A DNA stretch of 64,000 nucleotides from a virus (Duplodnaviria; Caudoviricetes). The notes beneath the pieces were generated by a model. The model saw only the letters and a program-made list of their open reading frames with translations. It was not told where the DNA came from and searched no databases. The translations under genes were made by a program, and so were the position numbers. Location: positions 21,419 to 85,418 of the IMG/VR virus record IMGVR_UViG_3300017784_005363; one strand, written 5' to 3'. Shown in pieces: positions 58,802-64,000 of this stretch; the first letter of the stretch is position 1, and each line of letters starts with the position of its first letter.

Positions 58802-59259
58802 TATTTATCAAATATCACTATTGTTACATTATATTCTGATAAAACTCTTTTTATGATTTTTTTAACTTCTTTCCAATTTCCTCCTCCAATACCACAACCT
58901 ATCAAAGGTAATCCAATTTTAGAATTAGGTTCTATAGTTTTTGCTAATTTTTTCAATGATAATTCAAGAGCAGTATAATCTAAATCAGGACCAGGATTAT
59001 ACTGAGTATATAAATTAAAAACAGATAATAAATTATCACCATGTTTATATCTTACATAAGTAAAATCTCCCCATCTTTGAATTGGACTTCTTTTATCATT
59101 GAAATCTTTTACATAAGCATCATTAAATTGTCTTTTAATTTGAAAAGCTATTCCAGCTCCCATTGTTTTAAAACAATTTGCACCATGAGCAATTACATCA
59201 AATTGATGATTTTTAGCCATTTCTAATAAATCACCTTTTACTTCTTTATACTTTCCCAT
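58801..59259 (-). CDS. Macro domain (ADP-ribose-binding/hydrolase) protein
   Basis: VKGDLL, IAHGANCFKTMGAGIAFQIK, NLYTQ, LPLIGCGIGGGNW. Confidence 0.9.
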   Translation of the reverse strand: MGKYKEVKGDLLEMAKNHQFDVIAHGANCFKTMGAGIAFQIKRQFNDAYVKDFNDKRSPIQRWGDFTYVRYKHGDNLLSVFNLYTQYNPGPDLDYTALELSLKKLAKTIEPNSKIGLPLIGCGIGGGNWKEVKKIIKRVLSEYNVTIVIFDK

Positions 59260-59500
59260 GTCTTTCTTTAAATTTAGTATAAATGTAATCTACTGCATCA
59301 TCTGCTTTTTTTAAAGAATTAGACATTTTTTCCAATCTATCTTTTAGTTCTTCATTAGATAGATTACCTTTTTCTAATCTCATTTGTAATAATTGAATAT
59401 TAGCTCCAATATTACAAGTTGCACCACCATGTTCATGCATACCATAAGAAACTATTTTACCTTCTTCTGTATCCCAAAATCTTTTAATTACTTCTCCCAT
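59246..59500 (-). CDS. Hypothetical protein
   Basis: 84-aa ORF overlapping both neighbours. Confidence 0.6.
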   Translation of the reverse strand: MGEVIKRFWDTEEGKIVSYGMHEHGGATCNIGANIQLLQMRLEKGNLSNEELKDRLEKMSNSLKKADDAVDYIYTKFKERHGKV

Positions 59501-60030
59501 TATTGCATAGTATTAGTTACAGAATTTCTTCCTTCTACTTGATGTTGTTCCTCTAAGTATTTATCTAACCAATCTAAAATAGTTCTAGTTTTTGTAGCTC
59601 CAATACCTTTTTGAATAAAATAATGTGGAAACATTAAATATCTTGTATCTGTATTAACAATATACAATTTAGTTGCTCCAATAATATCTTCTTTTCTTAA
59701 AATAGGATTTTTAGCAAATAATTGTTTTAGTAATGAAGTTGCTTCTCTTACATGTCCACCTTTAGTTGGATTAGCTTCTTTAAATAGTGGCACATACTCA
59801 GTCTTTACCCATTCAAAAGCAGTTTCCTGACCTTCAAATAATGGAACATTCCATTTAATACTTCCTTTATCTTCAGTAAAAATACCTGTTATATTCATTT
59901 TTTGCTTAAAAGCATCAGGAATGTAACTTGGTTTATAACCATAATATAAAGAAATTAAATGACAGATTCCATCATCTTTCTGAATTTTACATTCAGTAAG
60001 AATTTCTAAAATTTCATTATTTACTTCCAT
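59500..60030 (-). CDS. Conserved hypothetical protein
   Basis: 176-aa ORF in the replication operon. Confidence 0.6.
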   Translation of the reverse strand: MEVNNEILEILTECKIQKDDGICHLISLYYGYKPSYIPDAFKQKMNITGIFTEDKGSIKWNVPLFEGQETAFEWVKTEYVPLFKEANPTKGGHVREATSLLKQLFAKNPILRKEDIIGATKLYIVNTDTRYLMFPHYFIQKGIGATKTRTILDWLDKYLEEQHQVEGRNSVTNTMQ

Positions 60031-60890
60031 AATTTAGACTCTACAAGTTTTTTTAACTTTATGAAATCTCCATAAACTACCTTATGTTTAATATCTTTTA
60101 ATGATAAAGATAGTTTATTTTCTAATACATATTCTTCAGCTAAAGGTCTAGTTGAAAAAGTTTTAGAATCATCAAGCCATTGCATAGCTTTTTCAGTATT
60201 ATCAAAATTAGCTAATACACAATCAATAAGAGATAAATCACTAGAAACTCTATAAAATTGTTTATTTTTAAATATATAAACATTATCTTCAGTTAAAAAT
60301 AGTGGTATATTATTAGATTTTTTTAATATATTAATACCATTACAATATCTACCTTCTTCAAGGTATCTTAGTCTATAATTAGAAGAACCATAACTAAATA
60401 ATAATGACTTATTTGTTGAAAATGTTATATTTTCAAGTAAACCATTATCTCTTGCATCATCTTGATGCTCTATATAATCTCCAAGTGTGAAAATTAAATT
60501 ATCAGATAATCTTTTAACTGAATGTATATTAAAATTTGAATTTAAATAACTTAAAGTATCTTTTTGTACATTATAACTTATAATATCATTAGAAAGATAT
60601 TTACTTAATCTAAAATTAGATAAAAATGCACCATCTCCATTCCAATCTTTAACAGAATAAATTTCTGTAGAGTCACTTTTTCTACTAATAGTTATTATTT
60701 GATAATCATTTTGACTAATTTCTTTCCAATACTCAGGAAATTTATCAATTTGAGCAATAAAATGAATACCAATAATTATATCATTTTCAATTAAGTCATA
60801 CTTTGTACCATTTGGAACAGTTTGAGTAGCTACAATTCCTAATTTTTCAAAACCAGGATATGTTTTTATAAGTTCAAACTTCCTAATCAT
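60021..60890 (-). CDS. Hypothetical protein
   Basis: 289-aa ORF; N-terminal KFELIKTYPG segment; no catalytic motif recognised. Confidence 0.6.
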   Translation of the reverse strand: MIRKFELIKTYPGFEKLGIVATQTVPNGTKYDLIENDIIIGIHFIAQIDKFPEYWKEISQNDYQIITISRKSDSTEIYSVKDWNGDGAFLSNFRLSKYLSNDIISYNVQKDTLSYLNSNFNIHSVKRLSDNLIFTLGDYIEHQDDARDNGLLENITFSTNKSLLFSYGSSNYRLRYLEEGRYCNGINILKKSNNIPLFLTEDNVYIFKNKQFYRVSSDLSLIDCVLANFDNTEKAMQWLDDSKTFSTRPLAEEYVLENKLSLSLKDIKHKVVYGDFIKLKKLVESKLWK

Positions 60891-61035
60891 TATCTTCTTC
60901 TTTAAGTTCCCTTACACTAATTACAAGACCAGCTTTAAAATTAGTTTGTGCTTCTTCAGCTGAGATGGCATCTACATCCATCCATTCTTTATCCTCTCTA
61001 CCATGTGGTAGAAATACTACTCTAAATTTTTTCAT
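60883..61035 (-). CDS. 50-aa small protein (MKKFRVVFLPHGREDKEWMDVDAISAEEAQ...), missed by the track
   Basis: ATGA overlap with the SF2 helicase stop; open to TAG 60883; overlaps the next start. Confidence 0.7.
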   Translation of the reverse strand: MKKFRVVFLPHGREDKEWMDVDAISAEEAQTNFKAGLVISVRELKEEDND

Positions 61036-62144
61036 AATTTTAAGTCATTATAATTAATATATTCTATTTTTGATTTATCAAAGTTTTCTAAAGCAGATTC
61101 AATCCATTTTTCATCCTTAGTTTTCATTAAACATAATAACCAAATTGTTGCTTTGTAGTCTTTTTGTTCTAAAAGAGTTCTTGCAATTTTCTGAGAAGTT
61201 GTTCCATTATTATCTGAATCAGCTTGAATCATACCTAAATGGTCAACTTCTTTATATGTCCAACCAATACCTCCAGCATTAACCATAGTTATCTCATCTA
61301 TTTCACCTTTAATAAATTTTTGTACAGCTATATCATTAGTTTTACTATGATAAAAATTATTAGATATAGCTTCAGCTTGATTTATACTTGCACAAAAGAA
61401 TAATTTCCTTCCTTTAAGATTTTCAATTAAAAATTTAGCTACTTCAGTTTTTGAAGGACTGTTATAAATAGCTCTCATTCTAGCTAATATCTTAAACATG
61501 ACATCTCTACTTCCTTGAGCTACAGCTTTATTGGCAGTAGAATCTAGCCAAGTGTACTGTTTCTCTTCAGAAGTAAAAAATGGTTTATCTTTATTTCCAG
61601 CTTTAATAGTATTAGTTTTACCTAATGGTATTTGTATAACCTTTATTTGATAGTTAGCTAACATTCCCATATTTACAGCTTCGTTAATTGTAAGTTTATA
61701 CAATACTGGTAATTTTAATAACTTGTAAAGCTCTTTTTTAGATTCATGTTTTGTTTGTGTACCTGTCATACTAATCATATAGTCACAAGTCAACTCTTTA
61801 TTAAACATATTGATACCATTATTTACTGTAAGAAATTGTTCTTCATCTAAGATGATAACAGTATAATGACCTCTTAGTTTATTAAGAGATGCCCATGTAG
61901 TAGTTGTTAATCTACTTAAATATTTTTTAGCTTTCCAAGTTTCAAATTCTTGTGGTATATCTTTTTCTGCAAGTTCTGCTGAAGGTGTAACCCACAAGAT
62001 AGATTTAGGATTGTTTTTCTTAATAATATCAATAGCTAATTTACTTTTACCAACTCTAGGAGCTAATAGTAATCTACCATGTGGGTTAGGCTTTAAAGAA
62101 TCTACTATTTCTTTTTGAATTTTACTTTTTTCTTTATTTGTCAT
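61032..62144 (-). CDS. SF2 (UvsW/DEAD-like) helicase
   Basis: LAPRVGKS, ILDEEQ, SMTGT, FFCASI, AGGIGW, QKIARTL. Confidence 0.88.
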   Translation of the reverse strand: MTNKEKSKIQKEIVDSLKPNPHGRLLLAPRVGKSKLAIDIIKKNNPKSILWVTPSAELAEKDIPQEFETWKAKKYLSRLTTTTWASLNKLRGHYTVIILDEEQFLTVNNGINMFNKELTCDYMISMTGTQTKHESKKELYKLLKLPVLYKLTINEAVNMGMLANYQIKVIQIPLGKTNTIKAGNKDKPFFTSEEKQYTWLDSTANKAVAQGSRDVMFKILARMRAIYNSPSKTEVAKFLIENLKGRKLFFCASINQAEAISNNFYHSKTNDIAVQKFIKGEIDEITMVNAGGIGWTYKEVDHLGMIQADSDNNGTTSQKIARTLLEQKDYKATIWLLCLMKTKDEKWIESALENFDKSKIEYINYNDLKL

Positions 62145-62147
62145 ATT

Positions 62148-64000
62148 TTAATGGCATTCACCATAATTTTTACCAAAATCTACACTAATACCTATTTCAA
62201 TGTTTAAATTTAACTCTCTGTTAGTTTCAACCATTGCTTCTTTAAGTATTGCTTCAATTTCAACTTTATATTTTGTAGGACAAATCAATAAAATCTCATC
62301 ATGATATTGTAAGACAACTTTTATACCATAATCTTTTGTTTTTTGTTTTACTTTTCTTAACCAAGAATCAAATACAAATACTCCACTATTTTGATTTAGT
62401 GTAGAAAATCTATCTTTCTCAGCTTTTAAAAATAACCAGAATCCACTAATAGGATTATACAACCATTTCTGTCCATTGACAATTTTTACTGTACAAGAAT
62501 CAGCAGTTTGTTTAACAGCTTTATTTCTTTTCCAATAAGTTTTGTGCAATTTTGTAGCAAATGCTAAATCACATTTTAAAGTTTCTGCAATTTTAGGTGG
62601 TCCTGCACCATAAGTAGCTGAAAAGTTAACTGTTTTAGCATTACCTCTAATGGTTTTAATTCTTTTGTAAGTCAATTCATCTTCATCAGAATCAAACTTA
62701 AACTCAGATTTTTGTTCTTCTTTCTTGAATTCTACATCTTTGTAGAACTGCTCTTCTTCTTTTGTTAATAAACCTGATAAGACACCAATATCAATATGTG
62801 GGTCAAATCCTGGAACTCTCATATCTCTCACATAATCAGGGTCAAAGATATAAATATAATGTTGTTTTGTGTTATCCTCTAAACCAGAAATATCACTTCC
62901 ACACATTATATAGTCAGGGTCATTGATTGTTAAACAAGACCTGATTTGGCTTCCATACCATTTATCAACTCCTGGTAAATTCACTACTGGCTTAGAATGT
63001 TGTAATCTTAATGTATTAGTTAATCCATGAGCTGTAGAATAGATTTTATTATTATCATCTTTATTTTCTAAAAATGACTTAAATAATCCATATCTATGTT
63101 GTGCCTTATAAAGACCATCAAGGTCTTCTAAATAAGGATGCTCATCAAACAATTCTTTCACACTTTTACAAAGTCCTTGTCCAAAAGGTAATGATACTTG
63201 TGGTAAATTCTCACCTGTATTTTTACTGATTTTGAATGTTTTAGGTTTCCAACCTAGTGAAAATAACCAATCTTTTAATTGTGCTGGTGAACCAGGATTA
63301 GGTAATTCTCTGATTTCTGTAGTTCCTTCAAAAGGTAAATTGAAATCTTTCAATCTTTCAATCCATTTAACTCCATGACTAGATAGTGTACCATCTTGTT
63401 TATATAGAGTTTTTGGCATAGAATGTAATATTTTTCCAAGAGTTTTTGGCATACTATGAGATAAAGTATGAACTTTATTGTCAATAATAATCTCTAACTC
63501 TTTCATTGACTTATGAACTAAATCAATATCTAAATCAATACCAACTTCTTCTTGGTCTTTAAGACAATCTAATTTAAATGTAAGATAATTGAATATAGAA
63601 TTAACCATATCCATATCATTATTATAAATCTGCATTGTATATTCCATTTGACCATGAAATAATCTTGTATTAATCTCAACATCACTTTCACATCTATGAA
63701 TATAGACTTCTAAAGGTTGATTTTTCCAATCTTCTACAACAGGTTTTCCAAAACCTAATCTTTCTCCCCAAGCACCTAAACCATGTTTAAAGTTTTTGAT
63801 TGGATAATGATAATAGGATATACCTAGTGTATCAATTAATCTTGCATTGATTTCAATGTCTAATAATTTATTTAATACAGGAATATCATATTTTACAATA
63901 TTATGACCTACAAGTGTATCAGTCTTATTAAGAAAATTAACTATTTCTTCATTAGTAGTACAAGTACCACTAAATAATAATTGAGTTCCCCAATAACTTC
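62148..64000 (-). CDS. polA: Family A (T7-like) DNA polymerase with 3'-5' exonuclease, 5'-truncated by the window edge
   Basis: The frame is open from 63998: VGHNIVKYDI (ExoII), HGLGAWG, YIHRCESDV (ExoIII), then GSDISGLED (A), KTVNFSATYG (B, Phe at the 762-equivalent), YHDE (C). Confidence 0.95.
   Translation of the reverse strand, partial: SYWGTQLLFSGTCTTNEEIVNFLNKTDTLVGHNIVKYDIPVLNKLLDIEINARLIDTLGISYYHYPIKNFKHGLGAWGERLGFGKPVVEDWKNQPLEVYIHRCESDVEINTRLFHGQMEYTMQIYNNDMDMVNSIFNYLTFKLDCLKDQEEVGIDLDIDLVHKSMKELEIIIDNKVHTLSHSMPKTLGKILHSMPKTLYKQDGTLSSHGVKWIERLKDFNLPFEGTTEIRELPNPGSPAQLKDWLFSLGWKPKTFKISKNTGENLPQVSLPFGQGLCKSVKELFDEHPYLEDLDGLYKAQHRYGLFKSFLENKDDNNKIYSTAHGLTNTLRLQHSKPVVNLPGVDKWYGSQIRSCLTINDPDYIMCGSDISGLEDNTKQHYIYIFDPDYVRDMRVPGFDPHIDIGVLSGLLTKEEEQFYKDVEFKKEEQKSEFKFDSDEDELTYKRIKTIRGNAKTVNFSATYGAGPPKIAETLKCDLAFATKLHKTYWKRNKAVKQTADSCTVKIVNGQKWLYNPISGFWLFLKAEKDRFSTLNQNSGVFVFDSWLRKVKQKTKDYGIKVVLQYHDEILLICPTKYKVEIEAILKEAMVETNRELNLNIEIGISVDFGKNYGECH

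Noticed and set aside
62148-64000. Possible split or frameshifted DNA polymerase (track ORF starts at 63647)
   Set aside because: The same frame is open to the window edge and contains ExoII/ExoIII motifs; it is one gene truncated by the window.

Overview
AT-rich segment of a lytic crAss-like (Crassvirales-related) podophage. The host is inferred to be Bacteroidota, probably Flavobacteriia-like, from the TAnnTTTG promoter boxes and gene content. There are two convergent modules. The + strand (1-33638) is the late/virion block: end of a YadA-repeat fibre gene, holin-like protein, metallophosphoesterase, Cas4-like nuclease, tail ring proteins, IHF-like protein, a 1907-aa muzzle/tail-stabilisation protein, and four putative ejected cargo proteins including a 4546-aa virion RNA polymerase (DYDID). 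The - strand (64000-33705) is the replication/metabolism block: T7-like PolA (partial), SF2 and SF1 helicases, DnaB, primase, putative SSB, AAA ATPase, rIIA/rIIB, RusA-like and RecE-like nucleases, ThyX, class II RNR split by an 825-nt group I intron carrying a GIY-YIG gene, dUTPase, GroES/GroEL, and four intact tRNAs (Ser, Gln, Phe, Glu) plus a half tRNA-Pro cut off by an HNH cassette. The modules meet at a probable bidirectional terminator (about 33670-33703). Most notable oddities: (1) about 7,240 aa of cargo proteins contain only two cysteines, facing each other across the RNAP/next-gene junction; (2) the AAA ATPase has its Walker B segment moved in front of Walker A; (3) the UNG-fold protein has lost its catalytic motifs; (4) a stand-alone NAD-ligase domain Ia gene has its stop codon inside tRNA-Phe; (5) an HNH gene's promoter appears to drive the tRNA operon. 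All family assignments come from motif recognition by eye; no searches were run.
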